From Myxococcales bacterium (GTDB taxonomy: Bacteria; Myxococcota_A; UBA9042; JABWCM01; BTVJ01): DNA of 64,000 nt. Below the pieces are notes generated by a model, which ran no database searches, was not told where the DNA came from, and was given only the letters and a program-made list of their open reading frames with translations. This document shows positions 55,948 through 64,000 of the stretch, one piece after another (position 1 is the stretch's first letter; every line of letters begins with the position of its first letter). Where the stretch lies: the NCBI GenBank assembly GCA_045863395.1, contig BTVJ01000014.1, positions 64,001-128,000 on the forward strand. Reading direction: 5' to 3'. A program made the translations under genes and the position numbers.

Positions 55948-58248
55948 ATGCTGCGCCGCTTCGCCACGTCCCTCCTCCTGCGCCGCGTCCCCGTGGTGCT
56001 CGCCGTCGCCGCTGTGGTCGCGTGGCTCGGGCTGACCTCGCGGGACCTCGGCTTCGACTACTCTCCCCAGGCCATCTTCGAGACCGGCGACGACGACGAC
56101 CGGTTCCTGCACGAGGTGACCGCCACCTTCGGGTCCGGCGACGGCATGATCCTGCTCGTCGTCTCGAGAGCGGACGGGGTCCTCCACCGCCCGACCCTGG
56201 AGTGGGTGCGCGATCTGACCCTGCGCCTGCGCCTGGAGCCGTGGGCGAAGCGCGTCGAGAGCCTGCCGACCCTGGCGCTCCCCGTGCCCCCCGAGACCGA
56301 CGAGGACGACCTGCGGGTCGAGCCCCTGGGCGTGGACGTCGGCGAGGCCCGCGTGGCAGGCGACCCGGCCGTCGATGGGCTGCTGGTCAGCCGGGACCGC
56401 ACGGCGACGGTGATCCTCCTGGAGCTGCGGGACGACCTGCGCCAGGTGGACGCCATGAAGGCGCCGGTGGAGCGGGCGGAGGCGCTCGCCGCAGACCACC
56501 CGGCCGACGTGACGGTCCAACCTTACGGCTTGCCGACCCTGCGCGTGAAGGGCGTCGACATGCTCCGCGAGGACCAGCGGGTCATGCTGCCTCTCGTGAC
56601 GGGGCTCTTCACGGTCGCCCTGTTCCTGCTCTTCCGCGGGCGCCCGGTGGCCGCCATCGCGCCGCTGGTCGCCGTCGGCGCGACCCTGCTGTGCGTCGGC
56701 GGCGTGATGACGTTGACCGGCCGCCCGGTGGACATCCTGAGCAACGTGCTCCCGGTGATGCTCTTCGCCATCGGGGTGTCCGACGCCGTGCACCTCATGT
56801 CCCGCGCCGCCGAGGAGCACGCGGCGCCAACCTCGGACGCGCCCCCGCTGGTCACCGCCGTCGAGCGCCTGACCGTCGCGTGCTTCATGACGAGCTTCAC
56901 GACGGCGGTGGGCTTCGCGTCGCTGCTGACGAGCCGCACCGCGGTCCTCCGCGGCTTTGCCTGGGTGGCCGCCGTGGGGGTGGTCCTGGCCTACGTGCTC
57001 ACCATCCTGCTCGTGCCGCCCCTGCTGTCGTGGTTCCGCTCACTGCGCCTCCCGTCGGAGGCCCCCAAGCGCCTCCCGGCGCTCCTCTCGGCGCTGGGGC
57101 GGTCCGTAGGAGCCCACCCGTGGTGGTGGCTGGCCGGCGGGGTCGCGATGGCGGCCGTCGCTGCCGTCGGGGCCTCCCGCGTCGTCATCGACAACCGCGT
57201 CCACGGCCCCTTCCGGCCGGACTCGGAGCTGTTCCAGAGCCAGATGCGCGCGGAGCAGGCGGTCGGCGGTCTCCTGCCCCTGGTGGTCAGCGTGCGTGCC
57301 CGTGAACCCTATGGCCTGCGAGACCCGGAGGTCCTGCGCCGCGTCTGGGCAATGCAGGCGGAGCTGGAGGGGCGCCCCGGCGTCGGACCGACCCTGTCGC
57401 CGGCGACCCTGGTGCGCTCCCTCTGGGTGGCGTTCCAGGGCGTGGCGCCGCCGGGCGACGATCCCCTGGCGGACCCGAACCTGCCCCGGACGAGCGAGGA
57501 GCTCGCGCAGATCCTCCTGCTGGGCGATCTGGGGGGCGGGCTGGACTGGGACCGCGTGGTGGACGAGGAGTGGACCTGGCTGCGCATCGTCACGCGCCTG
57601 GAGGATCGGGGCAGCCGGCACTACCTGGGCATGTACGATGACCTGCAGACCCACCTGGACCGGCTGTTCGGCGACCTGCCGGGCATCGAGGTCCGCCTGA
57701 CGGGGGAGGGCTACGTGGCGGCCCGGGCCCTCGACTACTTCATCTGGGATCTGCTCGACTCCCTGGCGCTCGCGGCGGTCGTGATCTTCGGGGCGATGGC
57801 CCTCCAGCTCCGCTCGGCGCGCCACGCCGCCATCGCGGTGCTCCCGAACGCCTTCCCCCTGCTGTGCGCGTTCGGCGCCATGGGCTTCGGCGGCATCCCG
57901 CTCAACGCGACCACCGTGATCACCTTCGCCATCGCGCTGGGCATCGCGGTGGACGACACCATCCACCTGCTGACCCGCTACCACGAGGAGCGCCGCGGGA
58001 CCCCCGACGTGCGGGAGGCGGTGCGCCGCGCCCTGGTGGGGTCTGGGCGCCCCGTCGTCATGACGACGCTGCTGCTCGTCGCAGGGCTCTCCGTCCTGCT
58101 GGCCAGCGAGTTCCTGGCGACCAGGCGCTTCGGCGGCCTGCTGATGACCGCCATCGCCTCGGCGCTGCCGGCGGACCTGATCGTGCTGCCTGCGCTCCTC
58201 GTCCTGGTGGACGGGCGCAAGGCTCGCAAGGGCCGCAAGGGGGCGTGA
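55948..58248 (+). CDS. MMPL/RND-family exporter
   Basis: Two TM repeats with IGVSDAVH and GIAVDDTIH; TSFTTAVGF; two periplasmic loops. Confidence 0.9.
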   Translation: MLRRFATSLLLRRVPVVLAVAAVVAWLGLTSRDLGFDYSPQAIFETGDDDDRFLHEVTATFGSGDGMILLVVSRADGVLHRPTLEWVRDLTLRLRLEPWAKRVESLPTLALPVPPETDEDDLRVEPLGVDVGEARVAGDPAVDGLLVSRDRTATVILLELRDDLRQVDAMKAPVERAEALAADHPADVTVQPYGLPTLRVKGVDMLREDQRVMLPLVTGLFTVALFLLFRGRPVAAIAPLVAVGATLLCVGGVMTLTGRPVDILSNVLPVMLFAIGVSDAVHLMSRAAEEHAAPTSDAPPLVTAVERLTVACFMTSFTTAVGFASLLTSRTAVLRGFAWVAAVGVVLAYVLTILLVPPLLSWFRSLRLPSEAPKRLPALLSALGRSVGAHPWWWLAGGVAMAAVAAVGASRVVIDNRVHGPFRPDSELFQSQMRAEQAVGGLLPLVVSVRAREPYGLRDPEVLRRVWAMQAELEGRPGVGPTLSPATLVRSLWVAFQGVAPPGDDPLADPNLPRTSEELAQILLLGDLGGGLDWDRVVDEEWTWLRIVTRLEDRGSRHYLGMYDDLQTHLDRLFGDLPGIEVRLTGEGYVAARALDYFIWDLLDSLALAAVVIFGAMALQLRSARHAAIAVLPNAFPLLCAFGAMGFGGIPLNATTVITFAIALGIAVDDTIHLLTRYHEERRGTPDVREAVRRALVGSGRPVVMTTLLLVAGLSVLLASEFLATRRFGGLLMTAIASALPADLIVLPALLVLVDGRKARKGRKGA

Positions 58249-58441
58249 GGGCACGCGGCGGGCGCGGCGCGGCATCTCCAGGGGCGCCGACGAGAATGCT
58301 TGACGAGCGGCCGGGTTTCGGGCCTATACTCCGCTCGCGAAACGCCCCCCCATGGCGGGCGGACCAAACGAGAGAGCCCACTGACCGCGCCGGGATGCCG
58401 GCGCAGAACCATCGTTGACAGAAGATTCAAGGAGGAGTCCC

Positions 58442-58645
58442 ATGGCCCGCGCGTTCACCAAGACGAAGGCAATCCTTCCCGTGCTGTTTGGGCTGCTGTT
58501 CCTGGGCGGCGCCCTGGCGGGCTGCGGCGGTACCTACACCCCCAGGTCGGACGGCCAGTGCAACAAGGGCCGCGTCTGGGTCCCGCCCGTGAAGAACGAG
58601 GCGGGCGAGTGGACGGCCGGCTACTGCAAGTGGGAGAACCAGTAG
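58442..58645 (+). CDS. Small lipoprotein
   Basis: AGGAGGAG RBS, GGALAGC lipobox, C..G.VWVPP.....GEW..GYC. Confidence 0.8.
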   Translation: MARAFTKTKAILPVLFGLLFLGGALAGCGGTYTPRSDGQCNKGRVWVPPVKNEAGEWTAGYCKWENQ

Positions 58646-58845
58646 TCTCCCGGTGGCGCGGCCCTGTCGCGCCACATCCGCACGACCTGCCCGGGTCTCC
58701 GCGCCCAGGCCACGAAGAGAGCCTCGCTGCATCTGCGGCGGGGCTCTCGTGCGTTCGGGGGCCCGGATCGCTGGAGTCGTGAGGCGCCCCCGGGGCAGCG
58801 ACCAGGGTGCCGCACGGGCCCGAGATCCTGAATCGGCAGGCCCGG

Positions 58846-58872
58846 TGTAAGCGCGGGCTGCAGCCGACCGTT
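58846..58872 (+). promoter_or_regulatory. Candidate ECF sigma promoter, possibly autoregulatory
   Basis: TGTAAG-N17-CGTT immediately upstream of the GAGAGG RBS of the ECF gene. Confidence 0.45.
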
Positions 58873-58886
58873 GGAGCGAGAGGTCC

Positions 58887-59477
58887 GTGGACGCGGCGGA
58901 GACACAACGGTGGGAGCGAGCGCTGGTCGCACGGATGCGGCGCGGCGACACGAGCGCCTTCGCGGAGCTCTACCGGGAGTACGCGCGCCCCCTCTACGGC
59001 CGCGTGCTGCTGCCGCGCCTCGGCGACGCCGCTGCCGCCGAGGACGCGCTCTCGGAGACCTTCCGGACGGTGTTCGAGCGCATCGACCGCTACGAGGACC
59101 AGGGCAAGGGCATCTGGAGCTGGATCGTGCGCATCGCAGTCAACAAGGCGATGGACATGCACCGGGCGAGCGCCCGGTCGGGGAGGGTGCTGGCGAGCTG
59201 GGAGGGGCTCGTCGCTCCTCTGCGCGAGCCCGAGGAGCACCCCGTGGAGCGGGCGGAGGTCACACAGGAGGCGAGCCGCGTGCGCGACCTCGTGCGCGCC
59301 GTGCTGTCGCGCATCAACCCGCGGTACCGCCGCGCTATCGAGCTGCGCATCCTGGACGAGCTGCCCCGGGAGGAGTGCGCCCGGGAGCTGGACGTGAAGA
59401 CCGGGACCTTCGACGTGGTGGTGCTGCGTGCGCTGCGGGCCTTCCGCAAGGAGTGGGAGGCGGAGGTGGACCGATGA
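58887..59477 (+). CDS. ECF RNA polymerase sigma factor
   Basis: GD..AF.ELY, AEDALSETF, W..RIAVN, region 4 YRRAIELR...EECAREL. Confidence 0.92.
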   Translation: MDAAETQRWERALVARMRRGDTSAFAELYREYARPLYGRVLLPRLGDAAAAEDALSETFRTVFERIDRYEDQGKGIWSWIVRIAVNKAMDMHRASARSGRVLASWEGLVAPLREPEEHPVERAEVTQEASRVRDLVRAVLSRINPRYRRAIELRILDELPREECARELDVKTGTFDVVVLRALRAFRKEWEAEVDR

Positions 59478-59905
59478 CGGGCGACGTGGATCCTCGGGAG
59501 GAGCAGGAGGCCGCGGCCCTGGCCGCTGCGCTCGCGGGGGAGGGCCCGAGGGGGGCGCCGCCGGACGCCCTGGAGGCCGCCGCCCTGGTCCGCCACGGGG
59601 GCGCGGAGCTCTCGGCGGCGCGGAGCGAGGCGATCCTCGATGAGCTGCTCGCCTCCGTTCGTCCGCGGCGCCGGCAGGCGCGGTGGCTGTGGTGGCTCGC
59701 CCCGATCGCGGCGACCGTGGCCGTCGTCCTGGCGCTCCCGGGCGTGCCCGAGCCCACGCCGCTGCCCTCTCCGGGGTTGGCGCTCCTGGAGGCGCAGGGC
59801 GCCGCCCTGAGAGCTGGTGACCGGGCGACACTCCTGGCGGGGATGGGTGCCTATCGTCGTGACGTCCACGCGGCGCTGCGCGGGCGCTACGGAGGGACGC
59901 GATGA
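59474..59905 (+). CDS. Putative single-TM anti-sigma factor
   Basis: ATGA overlap with the sigma gene; short N-terminal domain, RRR, then TM WLWWLAPIAATVAVVLAL. Confidence 0.65.
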   Translation: MTGDVDPREEQEAAALAAALAGEGPRGAPPDALEAAALVRHGGAELSAARSEAILDELLASVRPRRRQARWLWWLAPIAATVAVVLALPGVPEPTPLPSPGLALLEAQGAALRAGDRATLLAGMGAYRRDVHAALRGRYGGTR

Positions 59906-60369
59906 GCCGCGCCCACCTGGTGCTGCTGCTCGCGCTGCTCACCGCCTGCTCGTCCTCGGACCAGGCGGCGCGGTGGGTCGAGGCGCTGGAGCGCGGCACG
60001 GCCGAGGCGGACGAGGCGCTCGCGTCGGGCGACGTCGCAGCGGCACGGGCGGCGCTGGAGGGCGTCGTTCGTCTGGAGGCTCCTCGCTCCGTCGCACCGG
60101 ACGACGCCCGCGTCGTTGCCCAGGACGCGACCTGGCGCCTCGCGCTCCTGACCTTGGACACGCCGTCTGAGGCGCTCCGGTGGGCCGATCTGGGATTGTC
60201 TCGCGGCGGCGCCGGCGACCTGTTCCACGCCAACCTGCTCTCCGCCCGGGGGGCGGCGCTGGAGGCCCTCGGGCGGGATGTGGAGGCCGCGCGCGACTAC
60301 CACGAGGCGCTGCTGATCAACGAGGCGCTGGTCGACCGGGCCCTCGCCCGGCTGGAGGAGGCCCCATGA
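59902..60369 (+). CDS. TPR-like lipoprotein
   Basis: LLTAC lipobox; RGAALEALG...AARDYHEAL; ATGA overlap. Confidence 0.75.
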   Translation: MSRAHLVLLLALLTACSSSDQAARWVEALERGTAEADEALASGDVAAARAALEGVVRLEAPRSVAPDDARVVAQDATWRLALLTLDTPSEALRWADLGLSRGGAGDLFHANLLSARGAALEALGRDVEAARDYHEALLINEALVDRALARLEEAP

Positions 60370-60740
60370 CGCGCCTGCTGCTCGCCCTCACCCTGCTGGG
60401 CACGGGCTGCGCCGCGGGTCCGCGGTCCACGGTACCCGACCCGGCGCCCGTCGCCGCGCAGGCGGACCGCGACCTGCTGCTCCTGGAGGCCTTGGAGGCG
60501 CAGCTCGACGCGGCACTGGCGGAGCCCCCGCTGGCGCCCCGCCCGGCCCCCGCGGAGGACCCGTGCCCCTTCGTGTGCGCGCGCCAGGAGGCGATCTGCG
60601 ACCTGACGTCCCGCATCTGCGCCCTCTCCGACCGGAATGATCGCGCGCCCGAGCTGGAGCTGCGCTGCGGCGACGCCCGGAGGCGCTGCCAGTCGGCCCG
60701 CGCGCGGGTCACGGAGCACTGCGCCTGCCCCGAGCCATGA
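60366..60740 (+). CDS. Cys-rich helical lipoprotein
   Basis: LGTGC lipobox; CPFVC...ICDL..RIC...RC......C motif; ATGA overlap. Confidence 0.75.
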   Translation: MTRLLLALTLLGTGCAAGPRSTVPDPAPVAAQADRDLLLLEALEAQLDAALAEPPLAPRPAPAEDPCPFVCARQEAICDLTSRICALSDRNDRAPELELRCGDARRRCQSARARVTEHCACPEP

Positions 60741-60811
60741 CCCCCTCGGATCGTTGACGCCGTTGGGCAGGCGCCTATGTGTGTGACGGGGACCACACGC
60801 GGAGGTGCGCA

Positions 60812-61225
60812 ATGCCCGAGAGCATCCGAAGGGTCGACTACTTCTACGCAACCGTCCATGATCGGCCCGGCGAGGCCTACCGGCTGCTGTGCCACATCGC
60901 GCGCTTCGAGGTGAACCTCCTCGCGTTCGATGCCATCCCGACGGGGCCGGACCACACCCAGGTGGTGCTCTTCCCCGAGTCGACGGAGCAGCTCCTGGCC
61001 GCCGCCGAGCGCGCAGGGATCTCGCTGTCCGAGCCCCAGCACGCCCTGCTGGTCCAGGGCTCGGACCGCTTCGGCGCCCTGGTGGACGTCCACCGCAAGC
61101 TCACCGACGCGAACGTGAACGTCTACGCCTCCCATGGGGTGGTCGGCGGCAACGGCGGCTATGGCTACGTGATCTACGTGAGGCCCGCGGAGTTCGAGGT
61201 CGCGGCGGCCGCGCTCGGGGTCTGA
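60812..61225 (+). CDS. Tandem ACT-domain protein
   Basis: V.DRPGE...L....VNL and DRFGAL......L...NVNV; GGAGG RBS. Confidence 0.78.
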   Translation: MPESIRRVDYFYATVHDRPGEAYRLLCHIARFEVNLLAFDAIPTGPDHTQVVLFPESTEQLLAAAERAGISLSEPQHALLVQGSDRFGALVDVHRKLTDANVNVYASHGVVGGNGGYGYVIYVRPAEFEVAAAALGV

Positions 61226-61240
61226 CGCCCCAGCGGAGCC

Positions 61241-62533
61241 TCACCGACTGCGCGCGCGGTCCAGCAGCATACGGGCGGCGTCACGGCTCGCCGCCACGGG
61301 GTGGGTCGACTCCGCCGCCTCCAGCTCCACGATGGCCTCGGCCTTGCGGCCCGCGTCGAGGAGGGCCGACCCCCGCGAGAGGCGCACCTCGGGGGCCATG
61401 GCGGCGTGAGGCCACAGCTCCAGGTAGAGGCCGCACACGTCGATGGCGCGGGTGGCCTGCTCCCGGTCGCGGGTCTTGCGGTGCTCGGAGACCCAGTCCA
61501 CGCAGATCTGGCGCACCAGGGTCTCGGCGGCGGCGTCGGGGCCGGCCAGGTCCGCTTGGGTCACGTCCTTGGAGGGGCGCGCCCCCTTGATCAGTCGGGT
61601 GAGCTCGTCGATGGCGCTCACCGTGCCCCGCAGGTCACCCATGGCCAGGGTGCCCCGAACCACCCTGACCAGCAGGTCCACGCGCTCGGGGATGGCGGCG
61701 CGCTCGACGAGCGCCCTCCACTGGCGGATGGCGTGCTGCGTGCGGCCCTGCTGGTCGTAGGAGTCGGCGAGGCGCAGGAGCATGGGGCGCTCGCGGCCCG
61801 GGAAGCGCTCCGCCACGCGCTTCGGTGCGTCGGCGGGGTCGGAGGCGGCGGCGTAGGCGAACACCCAGTCCTTCTCGGCCTCGGCGCGGACCTTGAGCAG
61901 GTAGGGGTCTGTCCCCGGTGCATCCAGGAGCGCCTCGAAGTCGGCGAGCGCCGCCGCGAAGTCGCCCAGGTTCACGTGGCACCACCCGCGGCGGTAGACG
62001 GCCCAGGGCCACAGCCGCGAACCCGGCCCCGCCTTGGCCGCCATGTCGTAGGCGTGGAGCGCCTTGTCGAGCCCCGCCTGGTCGAACCACAGATCGCCGA
62101 TGCGACTCCAGGCGTCCTGCGCGGCCGGGGTGCTGCCGTGGCTCTTCGTGACGTCGTCCCACCGCGCCAGCGCCTCCGAGCGACGGTTGAGCCCTGCCAA
62201 CGCCTCGCCCTCCAGCAGCAGGACCTCCGCCAGGCGCGCGTAGCCAGGGGACCCCTCACGCAGCCCCTTGGCCACCTCCACGGCCCGCGCCCTGTAGGTC
62301 GAGCCCTTTGCGTTGGGCCCCGCAACCTGCGCGGCGGTGACCAGGGCGTCCACCAGCTTGTGCAGCAGCTCGCCCCGGTCTGCGTCCGCCGGCGCCTTCG
62401 CCGCGGCCTCGGCGGCCTCCACGGCGGCGTCGGCCTCCTCGGCGGTGGGGAGGCCCGCGGCCCTTCCGGGGGTCACGGGGCTGGCGTGGGCGATGCCCCA
62501 GGTGAGGGCGAGGGCGACTACGATGCGGACCAT
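61241..62533 (-). CDS. Exported TPR protein
   Basis: Signal peptide, AGGAGG RBS, TPR motifs AWSRIGDLWF and AVYRRGWCHVNLGDF. Confidence 0.8.
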   Translation of the reverse strand: MVRIVVALALTWGIAHASPVTPGRAAGLPTAEEADAAVEAAEAAAKAPADADRGELLHKLVDALVTAAQVAGPNAKGSTYRARAVEVAKGLREGSPGYARLAEVLLLEGEALAGLNRRSEALARWDDVTKSHGSTPAAQDAWSRIGDLWFDQAGLDKALHAYDMAAKAGPGSRLWPWAVYRRGWCHVNLGDFAAALADFEALLDAPGTDPYLLKVRAEAEKDWVFAYAAASDPADAPKRVAERFPGRERPMLLRLADSYDQQGRTQHAIRQWRALVERAAIPERVDLLVRVVRGTLAMGDLRGTVSAIDELTRLIKGARPSKDVTQADLAGPDAAAETLVRQICVDWVSEHRKTRDREQATRAIDVCGLYLELWPHAAMAPEVRLSRGSALLDAGRKAEAIVELEAAESTHPVAASRDAARMLLDRARSR

Positions 62534-62581
62534 GGGGGGCCTCCTGGCGTTCTGCGTGCGAAGCCCCCCTCGGCCACACGA

Positions 62582-63958
62582 TCAGATGTGGATGGTCCGC
62601 CCGTCAACCGCGAGGGCCGCCTCCTTGATGACCTCCGCGAGGGTCGGGTGCGCATGGACCGCGCGCGCGATGTCCTCGGAGCTCGCCGAGAACTCGACGG
62701 CCACGGCGACCTCGGCGATGAGGTCGCCAGCCCTCGGGCCGAGGATGTGCACACCCAGCACCCGATCCGTCCGCGCATCCGCCAGGATCTTGACGAAGCC
62801 GTCCGTCTGGTTGAGCGCCTTGGCGCGCCCGTTGGCCATGAAGGGGAAGCTGCCCGCCTTGTACTCGACGCCCGCGGCCTTGAGCTCCTCCTCGGTGCGC
62901 CCGACGGACGCGATCTCGGGGTGGGTGTAGACCACGCTCGGGATGGCGTCGTAGTTGACGTGACCGAAGCCCGTCACCAGGTGCTCCACGCAGGCGACGC
63001 CCTCCTCGGAGGCCTTGTGCGCCAGCATGGGCCCGGCGATGACGTCGCCGACGGCGTAGACGCCCGGCGCCGAGGTCTCGAAGTGTGCACCCACGGGGAT
63101 GCGGCCCTTCCCGTCGAGGGCGACGCCCACCGACTCCAGCCCCAGATCGTCGGTGTTGGGGACGCGCCCCACCGCGAGCAGGACGCGGTCGCACCGGATG
63201 GGGTCCGCGCCATCCATCGTGACGATACATTCGTCATTCTCGACTATTGCACCAGTGACCTTCACGCCGAGCTTGAACTCGAAGCCCTGCTTCTTGAACA
63301 GGGCCTGGGCCTTGGTGGCGACCTCCTCATCCATGCCCGGGAGGATCCGCGGCAGGTACTCGAGGACCGTGACCTTCGCCCCGAGGCGGCGCCACACGGA
63401 GCCCAGCTCCAGGCCGATGACGCCCGCCCCGATGACGACCAGGTGCCCCGGCACGCTCGGGTAGCACAGCGCCTCCGTGCTGGTGCCGATGCGGTCGCCG
63501 TCGAGCTCCACCCCGCGCAGGGTCGCCACGCGGCTCCCGGTCGCCACGAGGATGTGCTTCGCGACGAGGGTCCGGTCGCCGACCGTGACGCGCCCTGGGC
63601 CCACGATGCGGCCGTGCCCTTCGTAGCGTGTGACCCCGTTCTTCTTGAACAGCCCCCCGACGCCGCCGGTGAGGGCCTTCACGATCTGGTCCTTCCTTCG
63701 GAGCATGGCCGCGAGATCGAGGGTGACGCCCTCGACGCCGATGCCGTGGCGCCCGAGGTCGTGCCTCGTGTGGTCGTAGAGCTCGCTCGACTCCAGCAGC
63801 GCCTTGCTGGGGATGCAGCCCACCCGCAGGCAGGTGCCCCCGAGGGCCGGCTCCGCCTCGATGCAGGCGACGTCCAGCCCGAGCTGGGCGCCCCGGATGG
63901 CGGCGACGTAGCCGCCCGGGCCCGCGCCGATGACCACGAGGTCGTGTCTGGTCTCCAT
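62582..63958 (-). CDS. lpdA: Dihydrolipoamide dehydrogenase (E3)
   Basis: GAGPGGYVAA, GGTCLRVGCIPSK, GAGVIGLE, HAHPTLAE. Confidence 0.98.
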   Translation of the reverse strand: METRHDLVVIGAGPGGYVAAIRGAQLGLDVACIEAEPALGGTCLRVGCIPSKALLESSELYDHTRHDLGRHGIGVEGVTLDLAAMLRRKDQIVKALTGGVGGLFKKNGVTRYEGHGRIVGPGRVTVGDRTLVAKHILVATGSRVATLRGVELDGDRIGTSTEALCYPSVPGHLVVIGAGVIGLELGSVWRRLGAKVTVLEYLPRILPGMDEEVATKAQALFKKQGFEFKLGVKVTGAIVENDECIVTMDGADPIRCDRVLLAVGRVPNTDDLGLESVGVALDGKGRIPVGAHFETSAPGVYAVGDVIAGPMLAHKASEEGVACVEHLVTGFGHVNYDAIPSVVYTHPEIASVGRTEEELKAAGVEYKAGSFPFMANGRAKALNQTDGFVKILADARTDRVLGVHILGPRAGDLIAEVAVAVEFSASSEDIARAVHAHPTLAEVIKEAALAVDGRTIHI

Positions 63959-63960
63959 GT

Positions 63961-64000
63961 CTATATCTCCAGGAGCATCCGCTCCGGTTGCTCGACACAG
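63961..64000 (-). CDS. 3' end of a 2-oxoacid dehydrogenase E2 (probably SucB), partial
   Basis: Minus strand reads CVEQPERMLLEI-stop, like E2 C-termini, directly upstream of lpdA. Confidence 0.7.
   Translation of the reverse strand, partial: CVEQPERMLLEI

Noticed and set aside
58653..58748. GC-rich hairpins after the small lipoprotein gene as REP elements or terminators
   Set aside because: No U-tract and no second copy were seen in the window.

Overview
This is very GC-rich bacterial chromosomal DNA. It is most consistent with a myxobacterium-like (Myxococcota/deltaproteobacterial) genome, inferred from a MYXO-CTERM-like tail, many Cys-rich lipoproteins and a delta-type 6S RNA. I see no transposase, integrase, phage structural gene, reverse transcriptase or CRISPR array. 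Core content: a fatty-acid/CoA oxidation trio, 6S RNA, tRNA-Leu(CAG), two glycosyltransferases, sufBCDSUT, tamA/tamB, an aminotransferase-tatD-tcdA operon, lpdA and the 3' end of a 2-oxoacid dehydrogenase E2. Accessory content is mostly exported Cys-rich proteins: DUF1566, a CDDGDPCT-repeat lipoprotein, a fibre-like adhesin with two fibrinogen-like heads and an S8 protease. The most notable observations are: (1) a MalT-like STAND/TPR regulator with a C-terminal OmpR-type winged helix and an 11-bp-periodic direct-repeat operator; (2) a translationally coupled ECF sigma / anti-sigma / two-lipoprotein module with a candidate autoregulatory promoter; (3) a phage-tail-fibre-like adhesin operon; (4) a bacterial Tsr3-like enzyme in a three-gene run with a His-to-Glu E2-like domain; (5) an unannotated 35-aa basic protein; (6) a 76-bp G-rich intergenic repeat. 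All family calls come from motif recognition by eye; no searches were run.
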